A stretch of DNA of 61,811 nt, the filler included, from Stramenopiles sp. TOSAG23-3 (lineage: Eukaryota), in NCBI GenBank assembly GCA_900128585.1. It is 2 parts of 2 records of this genome, joined end to end, with 100 filler letters (N's around TTAATTAATTAA, not from the genome) between each part and the next. Parts side by side here need not be neighbours in the genome. Positions count along the whole stretch, not along the records: positions 1 to 30,912 come from LT642225.1; 1 more part is not named here. The stretch is one strand, 5' to 3'. Position numbers and translations under genes: made by a program. The notes below the pieces were generated by a model. The model had not been told where the DNA came from. It saw only the letters and a list, made by a program, of their open reading frames with translations, and made no database searches. Every line of letters starts with the position of its first letter. The stretch's first letter is position 1. Positions 11,137-22,251 of the stretch are shown one piece after another.

Positions 11137-14100
11137 TCAGTTCTCCTGTTTCGGTTGTTCGTTTTCTGGGGCTTCAGTGGCTAACTTTTTACGCTTTCCA
11201 GCTTGAAACTGGCGCCATCTTTTTTGTATTCTACTGACGGCAAATACTTCTCCAATGTAGTAGCTTCGCATTTCTTCGAACTCAACTTTAAGTTCAGCCT
11301 TACTCTTTCTCCTAGCTTGCCGTGGAGTCGAAGCCCGTTGATTTTTGGCGTATGTATCCGCAGTTCTTTTCGATACTTCTACAGTTAGCGCGCCACTTAT
11401 ATGTTCAACTTCTTCATCACCTTGCATGTCCCCCATGGCACGATTAACAAGGGCACTCAAAAACTCGTGGAAGTTTGCTTCACCATGTGGTGGGTGGTGA
11501 AATACAGGAAGAACGAAAGAATTATTTTTTCTCTTTTCAAGGAACATGCCTTCTATGTCCTTTCGCACCGCAGCTTCGGGGACTTGCCTGTTCGTCACAA
11601 CCCCCAAAGGGTAATTTACTTTCATCATAAGTTCAATTATATCGCTCGTCGGAACCATCGAATCTCCATCCGGATCATACTCAGCCCATATTTCTTTGAA
11701 TGCAGCAGTATGCTCGGGTCTGACAGTTCCATTATTCAACTCCGTAATCGTAGTGAAAGCTTCGATAACAATGGCCACAAGTAAGTTTAACAGCACGAAG
11801 CTAGACATCGTAAAAAAACAGATGCAGTATATGACCGGTAGTCCTTCCGGGCCACAATTTCCGTCTTCTTCACTGCAGTAAGGTGCTGCAATTTGCAAAT
11901 TATGCATGATTTCGTTGTAGCTTTCGCCTGTTGACATACGAAATAGGAGAAGCATGCTGCTTCCAAAGGATTGAAAATTTGCGTGCTCGTTCAGCCCCCC
12001 ATTCAATCGTACTGAAGAGAACAAATTCATGCCAATGACCGCAAATATAAAAAACACAAGCATTAACAGCGTCATGACGTTCGCTACCTGGGGAAGTGCG
12101 ATCATCAGTGTGTTGAATAAGTCAGTGAGACCACGCGACATTTTAATCAAACGGAAGAGTCGCGCGGTACGGACGATTCGAAAAAGAGTAGTGATGCTCC
12201 CCAACGATCCACCCCCAATTATACCCACGTAAGACAGTATTACTAGGCCGAAGTCAAACCTGTTCCAAGCTAAATTTACGTATCGAGAAAATCCAATTCC
12301 GTAGATCTTCATGATGGCCTCTGATGTAAAAATTACGACAAAGACGTAGTTTACGATGTCCAGTACTACCTCCAATTCTCGGGACATGCCATCGTAGCGT
12401 AATGCCATGACGAGAACGTTGACCAAAATGCAACTCAGAATACCGAGTTCAAAACCCTTTGACTCAACCAATGTAAACATCTTTAACTTGAATTTTGATG
12501 CTCCAAGGGGCGGGCGAAGCACAGACATTGGATTTGTCCTCAAAGTGTGCATCATGGTTTGCCTCCATTTTCTCTGCCCGGATGTAAGCATATCCATACC
12601 TTCTTGCTCTTCTTTCATTTTATTGAAATTGTCAATAACGACACCCACGAACACGTTGAACATGAGGAACGAACAGAAAAATATCATGGCAATAAATATC
12701 AGTGCAGCAGCAGGTCGGTTTTCCGGAATTGCAGGTTTATCTATCCCTGCCGTGTCCACGACATCGTACATAATGTCAGGCCACATCTCACCCGAGGTAA
12801 TCTCAAACACGGTGCACATAGAATTCCCAATGTTGTCAAAATTATATGACAATGGAGCCCATATACGATCGAATGACGTCCCATTAGCAGATCTGTAGCA
12901 TAATTGTTCCAGTTTTAATGTTGGCAACAATTTGCAAGTCTCCCCAATTAACTGAAAAGTGCCTACGCACTCCTCTTTCGAGTCTATGAGGGCATCGTTG
13001 CATGAGTTCATCTGGCCTTTGTAGTTCTGCAATCCCACTATAGCGAATATCAGCAGGAAAAAAAGCGTTACAAACACCACGTTTGCAATCTTTGGGATTG
13101 CTCGAATAATACTATTAACTACTAGCTTCAGCCCCGGGTATCGTCGTACAACGCGTAACGGCCGTAACCCTCGAAGAGCCCGGAGGGAACGGAGGGCTTT
13201 TAGCGTTCCCTTGTTATTCCCGGCAGCACTTCCTGCAGCCACCTTCACAAAAGGCGGGGACAGTATCATGCCAACTATTGACAAGATTACCAGAACACCA
13301 TCTAAATTGTTCCAATAATCCCTGGCATAAGAACCAGGGTGTAAAATAACGCCCAAAGCTATCCATTTCAGCAGCATCTCCATAATAAACAGAAATGTGA
13401 TAACAAAGTCCGCGACTTCCATGAAACCTTTAAGGCTAACGCACCCTTCTGTGCTGCACGTTCGTAGATACGGCTCATCAAGAGCCAAAAGGATGCTGCT
13501 CAAACCAATAAGCACCAAAATGAATCGATCGAACCACTTGTTTTGCTGAAATTTAAAGATCATGAACCGAAAGGAGTTCTGCTCAGAAAGGATAAAAAGC
13601 GCATTTCCTTTGGGTGGTCTCGACGCCTTCCGCTTCTTTGGCGTGCCTGACGGGCTTGTCGACCTTCGAGAGCTCACTTTTGTCTTCTCTGGCGTAGACG
13701 CTGGCGTTATTTTTGCGCTGGGCTCTTGTGCGGCAGTATTGCTGCGTTTTAGCTTACTTGGACTCGGGGCAACTTTGGCCGTCGACTTTTTTGAGGAATC
13801 GTCTTTGTTTTCGCCATCGGATGCATCAAATTGTTCCAGCAATATGGCAAGAAACAGGTTAAAAATAATGTAGTTCCCGACAAAAGTGAGCATCAGAAAA
13901 AATAACACGGCCACCCAACCATTGACTTTCATGGCATTGTAGAGAACCTCGTTCCAATTCTCACCGGTCAAAACTTGAAAGACAGAGACAAACGACCAAA
14001 ACAAATTATCGAAGTGTGCTCTGGGTTTTTCCTCAAACATTGGTGGTACGAACTCCCCAGCGTACAACTGCATTCCCAACAGGGCAAAGATGAACATCAC

Positions 14101-15888
14101 GATAATAAGCAAAATTCCTGCGGTGGAAACTTTCACAAGACTATTTAAGATCAAGGTCATCAATATTCTAAGGCTCGTCCACGATCGAATCAATTTAAAC
14201 ACGCGGAAGAGTCGGAATGTCCGAAACACACTCAAACCAGCGGCGGATATTCCTACGCCGTACACTAAAATCATTTCCACTAAACTGAGAATCACAACAA
14301 ACGCATCGAACAAATTGAACGGGTCTTGGACGTACGCCTTGGGACCCAGGCCAATCAATTTCAGCACCATTTCCAAAAAGAAAATGGAAGAAAATATAAT
14401 GTTTGCAATCGTCAAAAAATACTCCAGATCAGATGGCATAGGGTGCACGTCCATGGCTAAGCCCACTGTATTCAATATAATAAACACAGTTATAACGGTT
14501 TCGAAAGCTTGGTGCTGGACCACATCAGTTACTTTGTTACAGATTTTGCAGACTGCTTTCCCTTCGATAGGGTCTTTGGCCTTATTCCGTTCCTTCGTTT
14601 GCTCTTCCGTTTCCGAGGCCTGCTGGAGCATTTCTTCCTTTAATTTCGTTTCCTTCTCTGCTTTGCTTGTATTGTCATATTCTTGCCATATGACCGCCAA
14701 CGCCAAGTTGACAAGAAAGTATGAACCAAAAAGAATAAGGAAAATAAAGTACGGAATAACAACGTAGTCTCTTCCGAACGTATCTTGAAGATTGTACATC
14801 ACATTTACCCAGCCTTCCAGCGTGATGGACGTAAAGACGGTCAAAGCGCCGTAGAAAATGTTGTCAAAATTTGAGAACCCAAAATCTGGTTTTTCGGATT
14901 GAGGGGCGCGCATGCAAACACGCGATGACATCCCGCTTTCGCCTCTCATCTCTGCGGTTCCGTACCATACATCAGTACACTGTCGAGTGTCGTACACGGG
15001 TTTGCACGTTGTACTCCTCGAATCACAACCCACGCCAGTCGCGGTCGCAAGGCCGCACAGATTGGTGTCTATTTCATCTAATTCGAACAAGGGTTGCCCG
15101 AGTCCTGTACCGTTTGGGGTGACGAGGTAACATCGTCCAGCAAAAAGCCCCGAAAAAAGTTGTAGACCTACGATCCCGAACAGCATGAATACGAATATCC
15201 AAAGCATCAGGACATTTGCCAGCTGGTTGCAACTGGACAAAACGGACTTGATAATCGTTTTCATGCCGGGAATTGTTGTCAGTGTGCGTAGTGGTCGCAG
15301 AACACGGAATGTTCTCAACGAAGACAAGTTTGAGACACCCGGAAGCACGGAAATCCATGCAATAACTACAACAAAAAAATCTAACCAATTCCACCCGTCT
15401 CTTAAGTAAGTATACTCATCCATAATTAAGCCCTGGGCTAAAATTTTAAGAACACACTCAAGGGTAAAAATGCCAGTGAACACCCAGCCGGCTATCTCTG
15501 AAACTATGAATATCTGTATATCTTGCTCCGCGCATTTACCGGTGGCAACGGCTGCTTCAACTGCACTTGCCGAAGTTAATTTTTGGCATGCGGGGTTTCC
15601 TATGGCAAGGAATATACAGTTCAGTACGATGCAAAAGATAATGAAGCCTGTAAACTTCTTGTTGTAGACTATGGCGATGGTTGCCTTGCGAAACCAGTTT
15701 TCAGGCGATAGGCAGTACAAGGCTTTGTTCGTAAAGGGCGGCGCTTCGTTCCTCGCCTTCTCAACTCTGTCCGCCTCTTCTACTTCATCTTGTAATGTTT
15801 GGTGTTGGCGAAGAAGCCCCGTTAAACTTCTCGAGGTTTTCTTTGGCTTAACCACCTCGTTCTTGTGCGACTTCATTCGGGCGGGCAT
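11137..15888 (-). CDS. Four-domain voltage-gated Ca2+ channel alpha-1 subunit (intronless)
   Basis: Four S4 segments with RxxR repeats; pore loops TLEGW, TGENW, SGEMW, TGESY (EEEE); C-terminal EF-like loop and IQ motif (IQKRWR). Confidence 0.93.
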   Translation of the reverse strand: MPARMKSHKNEVVKPKKTSRSLTGLLRQHQTLQDEVEEADRVEKARNEAPPFTNKALYCLSPENWFRKATIAIVYNKKFTGFIIFCIVLNCIFLAIGNPACQKLTSASAVEAAVATGKCAEQDIQIFIVSEIAGWVFTGIFTLECVLKILAQGLIMDEYTYLRDGWNWLDFFVVVIAWISVLPGVSNLSSLRTFRVLRPLRTLTTIPGMKTIIKSVLSSCNQLANVLMLWIFVFMLFGIVGLQLFSGLFAGRCYLVTPNGTGLGQPLFELDEIDTNLCGLATATGVGCDSRSTTCKPVYDTRQCTDVWYGTAEMRGESGMSSRVCMRAPQSEKPDFGFSNFDNIFYGALTVFTSITLEGWVNVMYNLQDTFGRDYVVIPYFIFLILFGSYFLVNLALAVIWQEYDNTSKAEKETKLKEEMLQQASETEEQTKERNKAKDPIEGKAVCKICNKVTDVVQHQAFETVITVFIILNTVGLAMDVHPMPSDLEYFLTIANIIFSSIFFLEMVLKLIGLGPKAYVQDPFNLFDAFVVILSLVEMILVYGVGISAAGLSVFRTFRLFRVFKLIRSWTSLRILMTLILNSLVKVSTAGILLIIVMFIFALLGMQLYAGEFVPPMFEEKPRAHFDNLFWSFVSVFQVLTGENWNEVLYNAMKVNGWVAVLFFLMLTFVGNYIIFNLFLAILLEQFDASDGENKDDSSKKSTAKVAPSPSKLKRSNTAAQEPSAKITPASTPEKTKVSSRRSTSPSGTPKKRKASRPPKGNALFILSEQNSFRFMIFKFQQNKWFDRFILVLIGLSSILLALDEPYLRTCSTEGCVSLKGFMEVADFVITFLFIMEMLLKWIALGVILHPGSYARDYWNNLDGVLVILSIVGMILSPPFVKVAAGSAAGNNKGTLKALRSLRALRGLRPLRVVRRYPGLKLVVNSIIRAIPKIANVVFVTLFFLLIFAIVGLQNYKGQMNSCNDALIDSKEECVGTFQLIGETCKLLPTLKLEQLCYRSANGTSFDRIWAPLSYNFDNIGNSMCTVFEITSGEMWPDIMYDVVDTAGIDKPAIPENRPAAALIFIAMIFFCSFLMFNVFVGVVIDNFNKMKEEQEGMDMLTSGQRKWRQTMMHTLRTNPMSVLRPPLGASKFKLKMFTLVESKGFELGILSCILVNVLVMALRYDGMSRELEVVLDIVNYVFVVIFTSEAIMKIYGIGFSRYVNLAWNRFDFGLVILSYVGIIGGGSLGSITTLFRIVRTARLFRLIKMSRGLTDLFNTLMIALPQVANVMTLLMLVFFIFAVIGMNLFSSVRLNGGLNEHANFQSFGSSMLLLFRMSTGESYNEIMHNLQIAAPYCSEEDGNCGPEGLPVIYCICFFTMSSFVLLNLLVAIVIEAFTTITELNNGTVRPEHTAAFKEIWAEYDPDGDSMVPTSDIIELMMKVNYPLGVVTNRQVPEAAVRKDIEGMFLEKRKNNSFVLPVFHHPPHGEANFHEFLSALVNRAMGDMQGDEEVEHISGALTVEVSKRTADTYAKNQRASTPRQARRKSKAELKVEFEEMRSYYIGEVFAVSRIQKRWRQFQAGKRKKLATEAPENEQPKQEN

Positions 15889-17914
15889 GGTGAATAACAC
15901 AGTCAGTTCGTGCTAAACCTTTTCCTGAACTGTTCTCTATCGAAGTGTGCCTTTAGGCGGGCCTTTTGTGTTCCCTGCTTTTACACCCACGGAATGCGAC
16001 GGTTTCATGTGCACTATTCACTTTCCTTTTCACGATGAGAATTATCACTTTGACCTTTGCACCGATCATGCAGGTTCCTGCCGCAGAAGTGCTTACATTA
16101 TAATTAGTGCTTTAGTACAAACAACAGCAGATAATAAAAAATAAAATAAAAATGCAGAACGGCAAATGTTGTTTTTTATATAGGCACAAACAGGTGGGGA
16201 GACTACAAACATCACTTCACAAGTGAACGTTTGTTTTCCAAAATGTAAAAGATTGTGCTATTCCAGTGTAATTCCCATTACTTACCAGCACTGCTAGTAG
16301 TTTCTTATTGTCACAGCAGGGAGTACATTCTAATTTACCAAAAAAAAAGAGAAAAAAGTGTGGTGGACCGTTTACTGGATAATCTGGTTTCTTTACTAAA
16401 CACTGAATAATGGGCGAAAGAAAATAAATAAAACAAAAAACTGATTCACCCGTCGAAGGCCCTTTCCTCCTCCAATCTGGATTTCTTCTAAATTTCCACG
16501 TTCCTCTACAGTTTGTAACACCAAATAAAGTCAAGTCAAGCTCAACGCTGTTGTGCAATGATTTGACAAATTGTAAAACGGATCACTGGGATGGAGTGGA
16601 TAGTAAAGTAGTAATCGCCGTATTTTAAACTCCCATTTTAAATTAATAACCAATAGTCTGTCTAAAAGAATAGAAAAGAAGAAGACGTCCCCCTATCAAA
16701 AAACAAAACAAAATGAAAGTAACGAAAAAGAAAATCGATTTACCGTTTTAGTCGCCAGCAAGTGTGAAATAAAAAATATTCAAAGAATTCTGAAAGAAGA
16801 AAAAGGGCGGTGATGCAGTTAGTCATTAATTAAATTAATTACAGTAGCCCGTTCTAAAAGTACAAAAAACAATACATGGATATTTCCTATATGTAATTGT
16901 TTTCATTTCCCAAATTGCTAACCACACGTACCGCGTTTAAATACTTCATCAACAGAAATACAATGTAACGAGGGCTCAATTTGCTCGATCTTCGGTGTGT
17001 TTGCTTGCTCCAACATCCAATATCCAACATCCAACATCTTTAAATTATTACCCTATTAATAACACTATAACAAAGCTTTAAAACTGAAAGCGAGGAACAA
17101 AGAGATGATTAGTGTCCCAAAATCTAATAAAAACAGGGGGGCACCAACATAGTATAATATAAATACGGACTCTGAAGACTATATATCGTAGTAATGCTAG
17201 ATAATTACGATACTGTGTATATGTTAAACAATTATAAATAGGGGAAACTTCATTCCCGACCTTTAGTGCGTGCGTTTCTTTTCCCTGTGCTACTACGTGT
17301 ACTTTCATTGAAATTTTGCTCTGCTGTATTGGTCGATCAAAAGCATCAGAGGGCAGCAGGTGTAGTCTTAAGTAGTATTAGAATAGTAATATCACGTTTC
17401 TTTAATTAAGGTATCATTATTTATATATCTCATCTTTATTACTTCATATTGAATGAGGAGACTAAATAATATTATAATACTCCTTAATTATCGATGTTAG
17501 AAGCGATTTCTTCTCTAAAATTAGTTGATGATGATGAAGAAGACAAAAAAAGAAGAACAATCACATCATTATTATTATTCTTGATAATGATTTTTTTGTA
17601 GTTGTAGTAGTAGTAGAAGTAGTATTTTTTATTTTTTTATTATTATTATATTAAATTATTACAGTAGTATGTTTATTTATTAGGCGCCTTATTATTATTA
17701 TTATTATAATAATAAATAAAATTAAAAAAATAGCAACTAAAACAGAGAGTGACTAACAATTTGATGAACCAGTTTTCACCGATAAGGTTGGGATAGAAAA
17801 AATGAAGCAGAGGGGAGTGTATTGGGAAACAAATAGATTATATAACATTGTACATAAAAAATTCTTCGTCAAACATTCAACGAAGCATTTCATATTTCAT
17901 ACCAGTTCGAAAAG

Positions 17915-18328
17915 ATGAAAGTTGTTAGTACTTGCGTCGTTGCGCTTGCCCTTTGCTCCTATGCCACTGCGGGCGTGCTGAGAGGCTCGGCCCCCGGGAG
18001 CGACCCCTTAAAACAGTTAACAATGGCTGCCGACAAAATCGAAAACCGATTTGAAAAGGCCGCGCAGGGGCCGAACTTTGGGAAAGATTTGGATCCATCG
18101 TTTGTTAAGACTGTTAAGTCTGACTCCATCCAGTTTTGGGACACCGTGAAAGGTTTGAAGTCCGGGGACACCAACGATTTTAGTCAAGAAGATGCGTCCA
18201 ACTTGCAGACCGTTGTTCAGCAAGTGGCACAAATGGACGATGATGTTAACAACCCAAAGCGAGAGGATAAAGTTAAGGGCGAGTATAAGAAAATTGAAGG
18301 TGAATTGAAAGAAGCAGGAGTTGTTTAA
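17915..18328 (+). CDS. Small secreted acidic helical protein, unknown function
   Basis: AAAG-ATG start, signal peptide MKVVSTCVVALALCSYATA followed by GVLRG, coding-like GC content. Confidence 0.75.
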   Translation: MKVVSTCVVALALCSYATAGVLRGSAPGSDPLKQLTMAADKIENRFEKAAQGPNFGKDLDPSFVKTVKSDSIQFWDTVKGLKSGDTNDFSQEDASNLQTVVQQVAQMDDDVNNPKREDKVKGEYKKIEGELKEAGVV

Positions 18329-19353
18329 TTTGCTTCAAGGTTGGACCCGAACCCACCCCGCAAACACATTGCATTAGAATTCTACGTACGTTTGGAATTT
18401 CCCCCCTAAAAAACAGCAACAAAAACTACTACTCGTAGACGCTTGTGGGTATGCATGGAGACGCGCAGGAGGGTTGTGTTTGAATAATTCATTCTTTGTT
18501 GTTTATACCTGATTGAGTACCTTTAACAAATTTAACGCCCGCCTTGGCAACTCTGCTGCGACGTTCATCGTAAACCCTCTGTGTCCCCCCGCAAAATGTT
18601 TTTGTACTATTATTGTAATTAACACACAATACTGTTATACATCATATAATCAGTTAGTAAGGAATAAAATAATCACAATTTACATATTAAATCAATTAGT
18701 CCTCCATTTTCCCCCAGTTTTTCTGGCCTCCCCTTCCTTGCAGTGTTTGTGTGTTTGTTTTCCAGGTACGGTACCGGTACGTACTACTGTGAACTTGTTG
18801 CGAGCCACCTCGCACGAATTGCATCTGCTGCTGCTGTGCTTTTTCCTTAACTTTACAAACCAGGCACCAGAAGAAACTATCTAACAAATAAGAGCAAGAG
18901 GTGCCGCTAGCAGATTTTCATTAAGGATGTAGGATTCAACCCTGTTTCGACCGACCTAACCGTTTGCTCACTCACGAAAAGCCACCACAGTCGTCGCGGT
19001 TGCGGTTGGTGTTGGGTTGCCGTCACTCTCGTTGCTAATGCTGTGCTGTTGTCATCATCATTATTCTTCAAAATTCATAATAATAATAATAATGATGTTT
19101 TAATTCTTTATTTTTCTTCTTCTACTGCTGTACTTCCATACTTGGTACACCTCCTCATTACTAATTCTAATATTAATGTTGCATGCAGCACTCAGTTTAT
19201 TGTAAACAGTAGTGATAAAGTAACGCAATTATTCAGCGGCTTTTAAAGTTTGTGTATTGATAAATTGGACAAATTCAATATTGAGAAAAAGTGCTTATCC
19301 TCCACAGCGCAGTTTCCGAAGCGCAGTTCAAACCGTTGTGTTATGCCCGAAGG

Positions 19354-20178
19354 ATGTCTGGTGGGTACAAAGACCCCAGAGTGGCTGCATACCTGAAAGG
19401 TGGGGGGCCGAAAGAGCCGATTCAGCGTAGTCACAATGGCGACGCGCTCCCGCCAGGATGGGCCGTTGCAGCGCACTCGAATACCCTGTATAGAACAAAC
19501 AACAAAGGACCAAGGTGTTACTACATAAATGAGGAGGGGAAGAACGTTTCTTGGACGCGACCCCGTGATACAAACAAGGATTATGACAAGTACAAATTAT
19601 CAAAAAGGCACGTCAAACTGTTGGGTGACGACCGCCCAAGTTTGACTGCCCAGTACAACAAGAAGGCCCTTGATACACTCGAGAAATCGGCAGCGCTAGT
19701 TCGTAAGCGAGAGCTTTCGATCGCGAAGACAATGCGAAAAATAGGTCCAATAGTATTTATCACCCGCCTGCTTTTTGATGAGAAAAGTCTTTTTTTTGAC
19801 ACCTGGGTAAAGTTTACAGAAAATTCAAAGATTGAGAAAGAACGAATGAGGCAGCGAATGGCGTTAAAAATCCAAGGGAGAATTAGAATTAAACAGGCGA
19901 AACAGAGAGTGTTCGAAATTAAAAAAAAAGGTTACGTAGAAGCACACACTACGATGAAGCAATTGCATGGCCTCATTTCAGAATACATGGGGAAAATGCC
20001 AAAAGAAGATATTAAATGGTTCAACGAATGGACAAACGGTCAACGGCGAAGTGGATTCCCGGGCGTGATAACGATGTCAGCGAAAGAAAAGCAGCTGAGA
20101 AAAGCGAAGAAGCAATCGGAGGCTCGTATGTTGGTGCCGAAGAAAAAAACTCGTTCAAGGGGAAATTGGAATAAATAA
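19354..20178 (+). CDS. WW-domain and IQ-motif protein
   Basis: LPPGW...YYINEEGKNVSWTRP (WW); ALKIQGRIRIKQAK (IQ-like). First in-frame ATG 19354. Confidence 0.72.
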   Translation: MSGGYKDPRVAAYLKGGGPKEPIQRSHNGDALPPGWAVAAHSNTLYRTNNKGPRCYYINEEGKNVSWTRPRDTNKDYDKYKLSKRHVKLLGDDRPSLTAQYNKKALDTLEKSAALVRKRELSIAKTMRKIGPIVFITRLLFDEKSLFFDTWVKFTENSKIEKERMRQRMALKIQGRIRIKQAKQRVFEIKKKGYVEAHTTMKQLHGLISEYMGKMPKEDIKWFNEWTNGQRRSGFPGVITMSAKEKQLRKAKKQSEARMLVPKKKTRSRGNWNK

Positions 20179-20748
20179 CTATTGGTTGCACGGACCAATT
20201 TGTTTGCCCAATTCGTTTTTCTAGTGACCGTAAGAAGGAAAAAATGGTTTAACCCCCCCCCCCCCGTTACATTTTTTCGTCCCAAAGACATCAAAAAATA
20301 ATTTCTGATATACAGTAAGTGTACAGTACGGTACCGGTACCTGGGTACTATATTTAATTATAATAAGAATTTTATTATTATTATTTTATCTAGTATGAAA
20401 ATATATATAATAGCTACCGGTAGTATACATTTAATTGTTGGTTCGAACAAGTTACTACACCAACAAAAAATAAAAATAATCTGCCGCGAGAAAAAAAGAA
20501 GAAGATGATTTTATTATATATCCATTTTTTATCTCTCACGCTCTCACGATGAGATGTAACAAAATACTCTCTACAATGGCTAATAATATAGCTAATAAAA
20601 AATAATAATAGAGGAATCTTATTATAATAATACTACAACACACACCCACATATCAAAAAGCTTTTTTTTCTTCTTCCCCTCCTGTTTTCTGTTATATAAA
20701 TATATTTTTTATATATTTTATTTCATACACTAACGTTCGCTCCGACCT

Positions 20749-22251
20749 CTAATCCTTACTCTTTTTCTTTTTCTTCTCCTTTTTCGCTTTTTTCGCTTTC
20801 TTCGCAGATTTTTCTCCAGATGGAGGGCTTTCTGCCTCCCTCTTTGAAGATTTTTTAGACTTCTTCTCTTTCTTCTCTTTCTTCGCCTTCTTCGCCTTTT
20901 TGGCATCTTCATCGCTACTATCCTCAGAGTCACGTTTGCGCTTTACACCGGAAACGTCCGACGCAGTGTTGTAGGTGCCGGTTACTGACGTGTCTTTCGT
21001 ATATGCTTTCAATTCGGTGTGCACTTTGCCATTTCCAGTGCTCGCGCCATTTCCACGGCTCTCGAGCTCGCGCATACGCTGTTCCACCTTTGCACGTCCT
21101 TCAATGGCGATGGTCGGCCCCTCAGTATCGCCCAAGGCATCCACACGGATGGCAAGGGCCGTTTTGGCGGCGAGGACACGACTAATTTTGCCTTTAAATT
21201 TGGATGCGGTTTGGCCAATCAAGGAGGCGTGATAGATCAAACCATATTTTGGTGTGTCATGTTTCGTTTTCAAAGCTCGGAACAACGCCTTTTCAGCACC
21301 CAAAATTTGCACTGTAGAAGCGGGCTGCTTCGCGAGGTTCAACAGGCTCCCAGCGTGCGCCAGCAAACGTGCTCCCACAAGCTCGCCTACCATGACGGTC
21401 AAATTGGGAGCAATGGCGTTCATCCTGTTTTTCAAGTAATCGAACAGTTGCACACGATACTCCATCAAAGACTGCACTTGTTCAGACAGCTGCTTTATGT
21501 TCAAAATGTCAAGCTCGCCAATCTCTGTGCCCATACTTACTTCGGCAACCTCCTTCAATTCTTTCTCGATGTCTTCCTCCAAAACATCGCTAAAATCGTG
21601 ATTTTTACAGTTCTCCCTGGTTCCCATCTTGAGGATAACCTTGGCATATTGGAGGTTATCCACTACGATCTTCCCCATTTCTGGAAAGTGCCACCCGTAC
21701 CATTCGCGAACCCGCATGGCGTATATGTTTACCTCTTTGTCCAACTCATCAAGCAGGTTGATGGCCTGGACGATCATGGTATCGACTTTATCTGGGCTGA
21801 ACTTTAGCTTGTAGCGAGAGAGACCGTGCGACAGCCCGAGGCAATACGCCTTTTGGTCGTTCTCGGAAATCTCAGCAACAAGGGCGTTGAACTGGGTTCG
21901 AATTCCCCTCATTAATTCTTGGGACTTTTTGTTGTTGACACAACTGATGTCAAGCTTGTCTTTCACAATGCTTCCAAGCTTGCTGTCGGCAACGCCAAGC
22001 GAGTCGCCCTTTACGTTCTTCTTCAACAGACTCTTTAAGCTTTTATCAAGTTTTCCATCTACAATCGACACTGCCGCTTTCATCGCTTCCGTGGTGTCCT
22101 CAAACTTCTTGAAGGCTTGCAATTTGACTAAAGAGGCGGCTCTCTCCGGACTCTTAAATTCTTTATAAATGTTATCAACCTTTTCGAGCTTCCCCTCGTC
22201 CAAAACCTTGAACAAGGCATAGCCAGCAGCTGACTCGTACAATATCAACAT
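20749..22251 (-). CDS. NOP58: Nucleolar protein 58 (box C/D snoRNP core)
   Basis: LSRYKLKFSPDKVDTMIVQAI, MRVREWYGWHFPE, PASTVQILGAEKALFRALKT, TPKYGLIYH; KKE/D tail. Confidence 0.95.
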   Translation of the reverse strand: MLILYESAAGYALFKVLDEGKLEKVDNIYKEFKSPERAASLVKLQAFKKFEDTTEAMKAAVSIVDGKLDKSLKSLLKKNVKGDSLGVADSKLGSIVKDKLDISCVNNKKSQELMRGIRTQFNALVAEISENDQKAYCLGLSHGLSRYKLKFSPDKVDTMIVQAINLLDELDKEVNIYAMRVREWYGWHFPEMGKIVVDNLQYAKVILKMGTRENCKNHDFSDVLEEDIEKELKEVAEVSMGTEIGELDILNIKQLSEQVQSLMEYRVQLFDYLKNRMNAIAPNLTVMVGELVGARLLAHAGSLLNLAKQPASTVQILGAEKALFRALKTKHDTPKYGLIYHASLIGQTASKFKGKISRVLAAKTALAIRVDALGDTEGPTIAIEGRAKVEQRMRELESRGNGASTGNGKVHTELKAYTKDTSVTGTYNTASDVSGVKRKRDSEDSSDEDAKKAKKAKKEKKEKKSKKSSKREAESPPSGEKSAKKAKKAKKEKKKKKSKD

